This document shows, in pieces, positions 37,801 through 50,246 of a stretch of 64,000 bases of DNA. The translations under genes and the position numbers were made by a program. The notes under the pieces were generated by a model. That model did not search any database. It was not told the origin of the DNA and saw only the letters and a program-made list of their open reading frames with translations. Every line of letters begins with the position of its first letter. Position 1 is the stretch's first letter. This DNA is from Phoronis australis (taxonomy: Eukaryota; Animalia; Phoronida): NCBI GenBank assembly GCA_002633005.1, contig NMRA01000004.1, forward strand, positions 1,963,935 to 2,027,934, in the 5' to 3' direction.

Positions 37801-40800
37801 GTGGAAATGAGTTTATTTCTAAACTTCTATGGAAATCCTACATTGCATCCAATGCAACGAGCTATCCACAGTTTATTTAAAAAATACACCTTGGGTATTT
37901 ACCCATTTTTATCTATCAAAAATCCCTTATCTCAAATTTTCGGATAGGCGGTTGGAGTAATTAGTTTATTCAAGTTTTTCTTGTAAATGTTATCGCAACT
38001 TGAATTTTTACTGTAGTATGTGATTTTATCAATTCGATTTTCTATTTTTATCCAGCTAAACAAGGTCAAATCCAGCTTTAAGACAACAAGGCGTCAAACA
38101 AAACAGCAAATCGATTCACTAATCTTGTCTAATTCATTCCCTGACCATATGTTTATGACAAACGTCTAAACCGAGGCATGCGGACTGATGCTCCCAACAG
38201 GATTTCGGCGTGTCGTCCATCGTCCTTTCACATATCTCATGCAGGGGAGTGCTCCTATGTGGAAATGGATGATGACTGACAAGCAGAAATCTGTGTGTGG
38301 GCATCAGTGCGCATGCCAGTTGTTATAAAGAAGACGTGTTACCCCACAAGTGTATGCAAACTCTGGACTTACGTAAACAAGTAGGCTAGAATATAGTACG
38401 ACCATCCAAAACACTTTCGGAAAACCTGATGCAGCTTTCTAAAGCAACACAAACGAAACTTTTCAGCAGTCGTTGATGACCCGCGTAACATTATCAAACG
38501 ATTTTTCACTGAAAACAATGTCTATTCGTCTGATGCTCGGTTACATTCTCATTAAGAGATTGTAAGTATTATTGTCAGGTGGATACTAAACCAGATGTTG
38601 CCTATTAACAGAAATAAACTGAGACTAAATGATTTTTGTTAATAATAATGATTTGCAACCATTGGCAAACCTAAACAAATTGGAAGGACAAGATTGAGAG
38701 CTGCTTTAAATGTTCGCTAAATTAGCAAGCGAACTGACTCTTAGCTGGGTAAAAATGAAAATCGATCAGAATCTCTCTCTCTCATGTAAAAGGTCTCATG
38801 ATATTTCTTACCGTGTTAGGATGGCATTTCCGTCACCAACAAGGTCATCAAAACCATCAGCGACTCTAGAAAACACCTCAAGAAAATGCTTTATTAGGGT
38901 TGGCCAAACCTGTGGACTCGAAAACGACGAATGCACGCATTGCTTACGACTCGAGTTGTCAGCTCATTCGGCCAAATTTCTAAATCTGATGGGAATGGCA
39001 ATGTTTTAAAGCCCAAAGCACTTGTGTTAATATTCAGCATTGACAACTAACAACGCCAAAATGCATCTTAAATAGCCGAGCATACAATAATAGTGTGCAG
39101 GATTGTATTGAACGAAAGATTCTGTACACGTGCACTGGAGCTGAATCGGTCGTCTGCGCACTGGTTGATATTCGCACAAACAGACGTGTAAATTAATACA
39201 TGTACGTCAAACACAACGGAGAGTACGGAGCAGACGATAATTACCTGCCTATCTCCTTATCGTCGAATTCCCGCAAGCAAAACTGTGTTTTAAAAATAAT
39301 CTAATTAGATCGCTAAGTACGGATTCTTTACAAAGGATCACTGGAGTGCTTCAAATGTGATACTAGTTACATTTGAAACAGTCAGAGATCTAGGCCTCGG
39401 AGACATGAGCCCTTATCTTCAAGCTTCGCTATTATTTCATAAGCCGCACAGTTATAACTCAATCTAACAGCTTTTATAAATGAGAAAGTAACGCAGAAGC
39501 ACAGCAATGCCTGTCTAATCGAACTATGATAGAGAACCCTCTATTTAACTCGCATAATCTTCAATAATGTTATTAGATTATGTCAGTTCGATTTTCTACA
39601 GTCAGTAAGCACGTAGCTCTTTCCACACTTAGAAGCAGACGGTTTTGGCAGGATGTTAGTTGGCGCCGAACTTCAACCAACTGCTATGAGGATTACTAGA
39701 AAGTGAGTATATTTTCGCTTTTTGAATTTGTTAGTATCAGTGCTCTGAAGATGAACATTGGATCGTACAAATTTACCACGCATAAATAGAACGCTGGGGA
39801 GGGGAGGTTAATGATGGACATAAAAAACGAAGCTTAATGCAAACTAATTTACATATAGGTCTTTCAAAAAATATTAAAAACTGCCGTAAACCCAGCATCT
39901 GTCATCTTTTGACATAGTTCACTTGCGCTTATAAAACGAGTTTTAACAGTTTATTGTTGCTTGAAATCAGGCTTAACAAGTTGGCTTGGCACGGCAGGTC
40001 ATCATATGCGCCTAGTTGTAGTAGTCAGTTAGCCATGAGCTGTAGGAACCATTTCGTGAGCACTTTAACCTGGTAATCTACTTTATCCTTGTAGGGTTAA
40101 ATAAAGCACTTTGTATTCACTGTCTAAAAGCACCCAACAATTTTCTGTAAAAAACTGATGGATTAAACTATCACACTTGTTGAACATTAGAAAGCACTGT
40201 AAACAATTATCCACTTACAGACTGTGAAACCCATTTATCATACCCACGGAAGATGCAGATTGTATATCTACCGCGGGTACCAGAGTAAGAAATCCTTGGC
40301 TGACAGACAAAAATACATTTAAAACGGTTTAGCTGAAGTTACTTAAGTCGATCTTAAACATGATCATGAAAACTCAGGCAAAGAAAATCTGTTAGCATCC
40401 AAAACATACGCAGGAATATTTTGTGTAGTGTTTCCAGGGGTCTGGAACTAATGAAAGTGGCGAGGACTTAATCAGTCAAGTGCAACCTAGAATTAAAAAA
40501 ATGAGTGAATTATGCTCTTTTTATTTTGACAAAAAGTTATGTTATATTCAAAGCATATCTTTTGAAAACTTGTTTTAACAGAGCTGGTCTGCGCTAAAAT
40601 TCAATTTGTTCTGATTTTTGCAAAAAACAAAACCAAGAAGTATCCTTATTCATTTTGCCAGCGGTGTAACCACAGTTAAATTGTTTTCAATCTGAGTTAT
40701 TAAAAATGAACGATTAATAATAAAATTTAAGTAAAAACCTAAAGTACTGGGTGAACTGACACAACAGCAAGGAGGATTGAAATCCTATTTGTCATTTTTC

Positions 40801-41984
40801 ATTTTATCCGCAACAATCCCATTCAGCAGACACATAATTGGGAATTTAAATCAGCGGGAGACCAACATAATGTGTGTGGTTGTTAACCATGTCTTCTGCA
40901 GAGAGTACCAAACGTAATGCTATTTTATGGAAATGCATCAATGTTTATGAAACCACAAGCACAGTTTTGCGTTATTTTTACACTTCTAAAATATACAATT
41001 CGCTACCAAAGCAACATTTAAGCACAGTATCACAGAAAACCAATGCTTTACCAACTTCACAAAAAGCCTATTTTTCAAGGAATTTTCATCACTTCTTCGA
41101 ATATGATAAAATTCAGTGAAATGTCGAGTCGACAATAGTTATATAGCATTTTCTGTCTACACTAAAAGATTGGCAATTTACAATTGGTAAAAACTGTGCA
41201 CTGATGAGGTACAATAAACTGGTAAATGTTGATCACTACACAGTTGGTGGCCTTTTTGCATGTCTCTATGAATATGGATTAACACCACGTTGTACCTCAC
41301 ATCGTTTATATTTTCATGGGGACCAGCCCAACTGTTTGAAAAGTGTTACTTTTTACTGTAAAGGACTTGTACTTCAGTGTGGAGAAGGGGCGTAGGAGGC
41401 CAGGGGAGGAAATTGATGTCGGACAAGTGGCAGGATTTGAAAAAGTTGTGTGTTGAATTGGCATGTTTCTTTGGCCCTGTAGTGTGTACTGATTTTGATA
41501 TGGCGCGTGTATTTCTAATAAAAATCGACGAAAACCAATCCAGAATATTATTGCTGTACGGTTTGCCATTCTTTTTCCTACTGAATGCCTCACAATGGTT
41601 TTTGAAGGTTAAATTATGATCACTCCTCTTCTTATACTCCTTCAGTTGAAGCAGCCTCAAAACCATAATAAATTCCTTACATAGTGTAAACTTCAAGTCG
41701 ATTCAGGTATTTGCAATGTGATGAAGTTTTTTTATTTACCTATAAGGAGTTTAATGTGATCAGCAGTATTTCAACGCGCTTTTTAGATATCTTTTATCGA
41801 TAATTGTACACGAACTCCAAATTTCAGCATTTTGTTACATTTCACCACATTCATTGACAAACTACACAAAAGCATGCAAATTAAAATGCGGAAAAGTACA
41901 GCTACGGTTGAGGTATTACATGCGGAAATAAATTTGCCAAAGGAAAATACTTACGAAAGCTTTTTAAAGGAGAATGCCACCCAG

Positions 41985-42110
41985 ATGTGTCTCACGGACC
42001 ATCCTGGTTTTGCACCGCATCTAAACAGAGGTGTGCTTATGACGTTTTTAGGGCTGAGAAAAAGAAGTGGCGAAAACATCCTACACCCAGGGGACCAAAG
42101 AGAAGCCTGA
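41985..42110 (+). pseudogene. KolX / P2X7 C-terminal (ballast)-like fragment inside the Kolobok element
   Basis: CLTDHPGFAPHLNRGVL resembles the CITxHPGF...LN..VL motif of P2X7-C-terminal-like transposon proteins; oriented convergent to THAP. Confidence 0.55.
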
Positions 42111-42235
42111 CAAACGAGTCAGTCATCAAACAGATTATATAAAACCTTATGTTCTCATGCCTTGAATTATTTGTAATTGTTTATGTTTTCATGGCCAACT
42201 GCAATTCCCCATAATAAAAAACTGTTCAACAACCT

Positions 42236-42434
42236 AACCGACGAAATGCAGGCCACTGACAGACACGAAGAAGTTTCATGGCCTCATACTTGGTATTAAC
42301 GGCGTACTTTTCATCAGTTCGTGACTACCGCGAGCCACATTCGAAGCATTTTATGCTCTCGAGGAAAAGAACGATATACCCGCTTTGTTCGCTGCTTCAT
42401 AGTTCGCACAAGCGGGAACGATACACCACACCAT
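42236..42434 (-). pseudogene. THAP domain remnant (transposase N-terminus) inside the Kolobok element
   Basis: MVWCIVPACANY...GISFF / FPREHKMLRMWL / GLHFVG across frameshifts and stops, matching the THAP C-x4-C...FP...W...HF pattern. Confidence 0.65.
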
Positions 42435-42995
42435 AGCGGCACTCACTCTACAGATGAACCACTGACGTCGCTGCGTCGTTTCTCGCCTTCCTCACAGGTT
42501 GACGGGACACCTCTTGGGGAGGTAAGATCGACCGCATACGAGGTGATGCGGCTATAAACCGATTAAGACAGTAAAAAGCTAATTAAATCGGGTGGCATTC
42601 TCCTTTAAAGTTCCTACACCTCAGAGCTTACTGACTATATAACCTGCCTTTTCTTTTCAAGCGCAGGACCACCTTCCGTAGACGCAAGATACTCGATAGT
42701 AAAGCCAGCCCAGTTCTCTTGTAATTTTCACTAATATTGCTTAAAGTTTAATACGAAAATTATGATATATAATAATCGGAGTTAAGCCCAGAGAGCATTG
42801 CGTTCTGTCGCAAAGACTTGTGTGACTTCGTTTTCCTTAAACTAATCTTACTCCACAGAATGCAGTCAAGAAATCATCAATACGGGTCTGTTTTCATACT
42901 GTCGAATGTGCTTTTGTGATAGCTATAGGTTTGAATAGCTGACTTTCGAAATAGCCGCTCCTTATTGAAATTGACTAGACGGCCAGGCAGCGATC

Positions 42996-43148
42996 AGCCT
43001 CCCTTTCAATAACGCTAGGACCTCGCTAAAACGCAAGACTTCGCGAAATCACGTGAGACATTGCCGTGTATTTCAAATGAGTACACGTGACATTGACTAG
43101 ATTTTAGCTAGGTCCTAGCGTAGGTCCTAGCGTTACTGAACGCACGCC
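42996..43148. mobile_element. MITE family A, copy 3
   Basis: Colinear with 9792-9949, same inverted ends. Confidence 0.8.
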
Positions 43149-46100
43149 AGATCTTTGGTGAACAATAGTATCTCATCTGGAAGGGAGGTTTCAACCTATT
43201 GGCATGAAACCGTTTTAACACATATCCTGCCATTGTAATGCCGGAACTTTTGCACTTCTGGGCGAAAGGGTGTTCTAATGTCTAAAGAAAAAGACATACC
43301 TTTTCAAATATCAATGGATTAACAACTGGACATCATGTTCCATACATTTCCCAATGCCAAGAATTCTTTATGACAAAGTCAGTGGCTGCGGCTGATAAAG
43401 CGAGAGAATTTCGATCCCAGCCAGTGTCAAAAAATTAAAATAAATTAGTAAACTTAAACTTATCACACAATAGGAGGGGCTGATAGTGGAATTTGTTCCT
43501 CGACTTTTAAATTAATGAACCACAATGTAGTAATTGAATTTCTGTGTCCGCCAAATCTGAGTCGAGATCCTCGCTGGTTCTCTGCGTGTCCTCTAGGAGG
43601 TAGGAAACACGCGTATCACTCAGCAGCACGCGTTTTATCACTAATTGATGTGATCTAGGCAGTCAGTGGTTAGCTTTACAACAACAAAGAAGAATGACGG
43701 ACTGCAAACGATTTTTAGCCTCGTCAGCATCTTTGCGCACCAAGTTTTCTCTACCGTGGCAATAACTTCCCGAAAGACCGAGCACAGTTATGTGCGACCT
43801 TGGCAGTTTATGAAGTTGACATCGGTAGCCGAAAAGAGCTCTTTATCTGGAATGTCAACAGGCTACGAAAAATGCACACCGAAAAGGCACAACAATTACT
43901 ACAATTTTCCGATTCACATTTCTTGAACGTATCACAATAATATAAAGCACCGATTTGTCTGAACAACACACCACAAACTGCTATTTCACATTTACACTTC
44001 ATCCATCAGTCATGCCAGTTTGTTTATGTATTAGGCGGTACCTATTCACAATTGAACTAGCCAATTTGAAAGGCCGGTGTAAACAATTTTCCCGTGGAAA
44101 TTTAAATGATACCTGCGTGACCCCTTCCCCCTAGCGGGCACGCAGGGAACCAAGTCGAGATCAATTGGGCGTCACTTACGTGCTCGTATTATTCTAGAGA
44201 GCGCTATTTCGGATATTGCACTAAAAAAATCTCTACCACAGGAGACATTCAAGAGAATGCTGTCGCTTTTTATTGATCAAGAAAAGTTGGTAGCAAAAAT
44301 GCAATTACACACGAGGTTGTACTTTAAGAAATGGTTGAAAGAGTGAAGTATTTAAGTTGGTAAAATACATAGCACGTTTCAAAAACAAAGGTCATGTGTA
44401 GGAAGTGGAAATATAGATGATCGGATATATTGATCATGAGTGGAGGTGTCTGCCAATTAAGTGTTATTACATGTTTACGCAATAACGATGTATGTCAAGA
44501 AACATAGGCTAATGACCGGGAATTAGATCCAAAAAGCTGCTACTACATCAAAGTGACATCTTTAAGCTGATGTTTGTAGCTAATATTAACGAATCCTATT
44601 ATTGATTGTATTGTAAGTGTGGGATGTGTACAATCTTTGTGTTTTTAGAGGGGAGAGGGCAAATCCACGTGTAGCTACGTACATCTTCAAAAACAATAGA
44701 GGCTACCTTTGTTGCCCAGGATAAAATTTCTTGAATAATGCTTTAGTGATAATGATAGACCCGTAAACATAATTATTTTTAAATCCTTATCAGGCAATCG
44801 TATTATTTACACATAAATGATGCCTAGATGTCTGTAATCGTCATTTCACTACTATCGCCATAATTTCCACCCTATTTTTCCACACACTTGAAAATGTTGT
44901 TATGGAAATTGCAAATCCCGTTTCTCTATTTAAGTAACAGCAAAAGCGTATCTGGGATTTCTTTTCAACCCGAGAATCTCGCAGTTAAAAAGAAGAAGTA
45001 AGCATTTCTTATGAAAATAAAATTCTTCTTTTTAGATGGCCTACCTCTCGGGCTTAAAACTTATATCTTGAATTTCAATAAATTTGCACGTTGCGAATTT
45101 GAAAGGACCTTTACCGGTGTCCTTTGTGACACCCTTAGTACGAAGACAGTGGAACCTATTAGTGTTCTCATAAGTGCGCAGCTGTTTGTTTCCAACAAAA
45201 TTATCAAAGCGCTCTGAAGTAATATTTATCAGTTCCTGAATAGCCGTATATCAGGATGTGTTTTTTCTTAAACCGAATCAATACAGTCCATTAAATGTTA
45301 TTTTATCTAAAAAAGTTATCGTCAAACAAGACACATCTAAAGCAATACTTGGCATAATTGCCTGACATCCGAATATACTTGGAAATTCATTTTCCTTTTT
45401 AGCAATATTCAGCCAACAACTGAAACCAACTTTCGTTTGTTGCGCGATTGGTCGTTGCCATTTATTTCTTGAAAGTTCATATAATGCAATTACAGGGTGA
45501 GAAAAAGTCGGGGAGCGTTTTTTGATGAAAACAGTGCGCAGGTGCCCGCGGACTAGTGTCTGGCCACGATTTTTATACAATTTTATATAAATGATTGTTT
45601 AAGGCAGTATCGTAACACGCAAACACGAGCATGTAATCACTTTTCTAGGATCTTATCGTTCACAAAAAATACTGCCATTGCCCCTAGATAAGTAATGAAA
45701 CTAAGTATCTGGTCCAATGTAGCATAATGAAATCCGAAATCTCTAAATGGTGAAAAGCTTGAGAAGGAAATATACTCACGTCTTCTGTCAAGCAGTCACC
45801 GTTGTAAAGCTGTTTTTATGATATTACATTCTCAGACTAGAAATGATTCCCAGACTTTGATTGTCATTGCATTAGACTAGATCCATTAATTTACGAGTCA
45901 TGGTGGGTTAGATGCAGTATGCGCGTTGGCGATTTATTGTAACCTGTTTCAATTGAAACGAAGGATGAAAACGCTATAGGTTTGTTTGGGAGGACAATTT
46001 TAGTGGTGAAAATTATCGTATTCAACACCAGGGCCCCAGGTCTATTCCCCCTTCTCGAAACAGAACTCGAAAATATTTTTGTTGTATTCCGTTATACTTA

Positions 46101-47639
46101 AATACAAACTCCTAATAATTGTCTATAATTCTGTGCTTGAAGACATTATCGTTTACATGTGCATGGATAATTCTATTTTGCGCTTGATTACCCCAGCATA
46201 AAGCTACAAGTACGACTAGAAATCTCGAGAATTTACTGAACACTCTTCTGTGTAAACCATAATGCAACGAAGCACAGAAAAATAGACAATTATCTTAAGG
46301 AGAATGGAAAATTACAAATGTATTTTCGAGTTCGATTTCGAGTGAAGAGCATAGAACTGGGCCCAGGGCATGTTTGTAGCGACCTAATTGTAGATAGTAT
46401 CGGCACATGACACTGACCACATAAAATAGGCACGATATTTCAAACTGCTGATCAATAGTTGTTTCACCACGTTTGCCACCGCTGATCAATAGCTATTAAA
46501 TTTCCTAATTAAAGAGCGAAAATTTGATTCAATATTTTATGATACACAGAAAGTGGCTGGTCGCTCGCTGCAGTAAACCTAATCGAAATCAGCAAAACAG
46601 AATTTGTGCTGACGCTTTCATTTAATTTCTCGTCTTTAGGGAACAATTGAACTCTCGTGATCAAATTTCTTTTAACGAAATCTGCTTTGAAAGGAACATT
46701 ATCGGGTCAGTGTCCTCAAAAGGCATTCTTGGGATTATTTGGGTAGGGTAACTTTCTTGAATTTATTTGCTCTGACTAGAGCTATAAAAAACTAAATGTG
46801 TCGTGCTTTTGTAATAGCCGGGCGGTGATCCTCGCATTTAACGTTTGGGATTTAGCTCCGCCAGCAGGGGGCGTTAGACTGGGATTGCGGGGGTTCCAGT
46901 TTCGATTCCGCGCTAGTGCTTACTGTATCTCAGAAAATTAACTTTCTCGCCTTTATTCTCCGTCAAAGCAGAGAATTGATTTAATGCTCATACATGTATA
47001 TCGAAAAACAATTGAAGGCTCTAACAAAGTAAATAAGTAAGTAAGTAAGTCATGAGACTTCAAACGACCTGGAACGCTTTTTATACGTTTACGTTTTTTC
47101 CATGCTAGCTAGTTACCAGGTTGCAATGCCAATACAGTTGCTGCCAATTTTACGTGGGCCTTCTAATTGTTCGAAGTTTTCCTAGCTACATGAATGTTTG
47201 GCCAAGGACCGCCCGGTACTTAACACGTGTAAACTACTAGGCTACTCCGCGACACGCAGTAGATAATGATTTTATCTCAAATAAAACACCAACAATAAAA
47301 GATTGTCAACGTAATCTCATTAATTTTGACAGGGTTGGCCAAAGTCCGCATTATGCAAATTACACGTGATCTGATTAATTAGTCCTGACAGTAGCAAGCA
47401 GTTGCTATGAATGGCAAAGGATTTTTAGTTCAGGGACTGTGACCACCAAAATTTATCGAGACCCTTAATTTAAAGAGACATCTTTACTCCGAACTGTACT
47501 GAATTGAGTAATACTGAAAAACAGCGGCAGGCAAGCTTTACCTACTGTAAGTCAATTGAAGACCGTCAGGCGTGCGGAATTGTCAGAAAAAAATTGTGGC
47601 AATCCTAGATATTGCAGGAATGACGTACATGTAGATGCC

Positions 47640-47794
47640 AGCCTCCCGTTCAGTAGCGCTAGGACGTCGCGACAAGACTTCGCGAGATTACGGGAGACAT
47701 TGCCGTGTATTTTAAATGAGAACACGTGACTTTGACAGTTGACTATGATCTTAGCTAGGTCCTAGCGTAGATCCTAGTGTTACTGAACGCACGC
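47640..47794. mobile_element. MITE family A, copy 4
   Basis: Colinear with 9792-9949, same inverted ends. Confidence 0.8.
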
Positions 47795-49798
47795 TTGCTT
47801 TTGAAAATCTAGTCATCTTTAGGAAATTGTTCGTTTTCACAGGGTTTGCTTTCCCGTCCACTTACTCGGGAAACGCACGTGAATGCGTTTATTCCTTAGA
47901 CCGCGAAATTCAGTACTCAAGATGGCGGACCAAACCGTGAAGTCGTGCATAGAAAATAGATGGTACCTTGTAAATCAAATTTTATTTATTCATACTGAAC
48001 ACATTTTTGTAATTGAACTAGCAGTGTGTAATTAGATGTCTAGTTGTGAACTTTGATAATACATGTAGGCTTCAAATAGATATTTCATTTACGCCACGTA
48101 GCATGCAACCTTGGAATTTTACGCTAATTTTCTCAAGTTTAAAGCCCAGAAATTGTTGATGACCACACTTCCTTGAGCAGTATTCGAGTACTTTTGACTG
48201 AGTGCATTTTGATGGTCTCCAAAGCACGAGAAATCACCAAACCGAGTAATTTATTACATCTTGCGATCGAGTAATTTAAAGGACTTTGTAAAGTTTGGTC
48301 CCACTGTTCGTACGAGTTACTTCATTGTTTGCAAGTCCGGCAAGGAAACACCGTTTTGAGCAACAACAATCGAAATATTTACTATGATTTTTTATTTACC
48401 ACTGGCCTGATATTCCAAAATCCTCGGCGGGATTGCTGTGGGGCCTTAGGCGACCAGTTATGCCGCAAAGCGCGCGGCCCTGGTTTGACTCGAAACCGTA
48501 GGGTAGGCAGCATTTGAGCCAACAACCAAAGAAGTTCTTGCAGCCGAGGGTTCGATATTTGCTAATGAGTAAAGAAAATGATACCTACTGATGCATGTCG
48601 ATGAATATCATTGCTTATTCTGATGCACCACTGACATCAATTCAAGACAGTACAAACCTCGTTACAAATTTACTCTACCAAATTGTACAAATCAACACAA
48701 AATGTTAAATGTATATTGCAGTACACAATACCAATATCTCTGTGTTGAAATATAGCAGTCTCACATACTACTTTTATGGAATAAATCCACAGTGAATGAC
48801 AACAAGTTTGATTTTGCCAACATACAATATTCGTCCGACATGACTGTACGGTTCAGGAAGACATCTCCCGTGTAAGTTACTGATATCAAAATAACTCCAA
48901 CCGTATATCAAGTAAAGCAAACTCTCGTGCCTAGTTTCTCAAAAATGGTAAAATTTGTACATGGTATATGACAGATTATCATCAATACCCAATATTCGAG
49001 TATCACTCACATGTACATGTACTCCTGTGAATCTTTTCCTCGCACTTTGATGCACAATGCATTGAAGTTTGTGCAGACTTTACATACATACAAATGATTT
49101 CAGTCACTTCAGTATCCACAGTCACAGAAATATCGTCTCCGTAAAAGACTTCTGAGTAGTAACTATTTTGCTTTTAAATTTGTTTTTATTACCGACGAGA
49201 CGTCTGTCTCAACTTTCACACGCAGAGCAAAAAATACTATTTGATTCGCTAGCATCACGCTTAGCTTCAGTGGCGTTTCCATAACTGCCGTCATACTGAA
49301 CGTCAATGTCACCTCCTGTGGTACTGTAGTTTCCCAGTACACCTGTCGTAATCATGCTAAGCAGGGCCAGTTGCGTTTCGAAGAAGTTGACGAGAGAAAA
49401 CAGATTTTAGCTATTCTAAAAAAAACATAAAATGCCTAGCTTGTCTTATTGGGAATGCAATCAATATGTCGGTCAATTGACACATCACCAGTATTTTGAC
49501 TGACGGCTTAACTGACCAATCAGAACGCAGCATTCTTAACACAGCTTCGTCTGCGTTTCCATCATACCCGAAAAGAAACACGTTCTCGGGTAAAGCTTAC
49601 TTACATGTAAGTCTTTAGCTCAAGAAATTGTGCTACAAGAATGGTGAAACGGTGTTGCTACGGCGTGTGTAATTCCGACAGGCGTTATGCAGCTCGAGAA
49701 GAATATCCCGTCACCTTTTGGGCATTTCGTATGCCAAGAAGTAATGTAAACGACTGTGTCAGTGTGTGGACGGCCACACGAGCAGCTGAACTTGTATA

Positions 49799-50246
49799 CA
49801 GTCACCACCGTCTCTAGCTGACTAGAGACGGTGTAGCTTTATAGGAGCTTCATACACCGGAATCTTCACACTGACTAAAACATCTAACTTTTTCTTTAGA
49901 AGCCCCTCATTCAGTTCCCCAAATAGGAAACTCGTCACTTTTAACACTGCACGCGGCAAATGGTTTTACGTCATATCACATGGCGTACGCAGTGTAAAAA
50001 TGGCCAGTTATTGAACAAGGTTCTGCTCTAAGAAAAAGTTTGATAACGAGAGCATTTCTTCGAGTTGAAAGGAACTATATACATCGACGCCCTCCTAAGG
50101 TATCCTTCTAGGCACAAAAGGTAATTTTAACAACGTGACTTTGATGTTTTAGTCAGTGTGAGGCATAATTCGCCGAACAGCCTCCAGCGTATGAAGCTCC
50201 TGCAGGAGCCACACCGTCTCTAGTCAGCTGGAGACGGTGGTCACTG
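49799..50246. mobile_element. Fold-back non-autonomous DNA transposon (Tc1/mariner-like ta|CAGT end)
   Basis: Long TIR CAGTCACCACCGTCTCTAGCTGACTAGAGACGGTGT and its near-perfect inverse; each TIR contains a 12-bp-arm hairpin. A diverged internal copy lies at ~22282-22405. Confidence 0.8.

Larger units (their letters stand above)
41968..42604. mobile_element. Internally deleted Kolobok-type DNA transposon
   Basis: Perfect 15-bp TIR AGGAGAATGCCACCC / GGGTGGCATTCTCCT flanked by TTAA at 41964-41967 and 42605-42608; contains convergent THAP and KolX-like remnants. Confidence 0.85.

Noticed and set aside
39648-39710. Isolated AG...GTGAGT exon-like segment (similar one at ~45780-45836 on the minus strand)
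   Set aside because: No partner exons or homology; expected by chance in 64 kb.
48600-49330. Minus-strand PAN/Apple-like peptide SAQTSMHCASKCEEK
   Set aside because: Short, surrounded by stops in all frames, and too weak to call.
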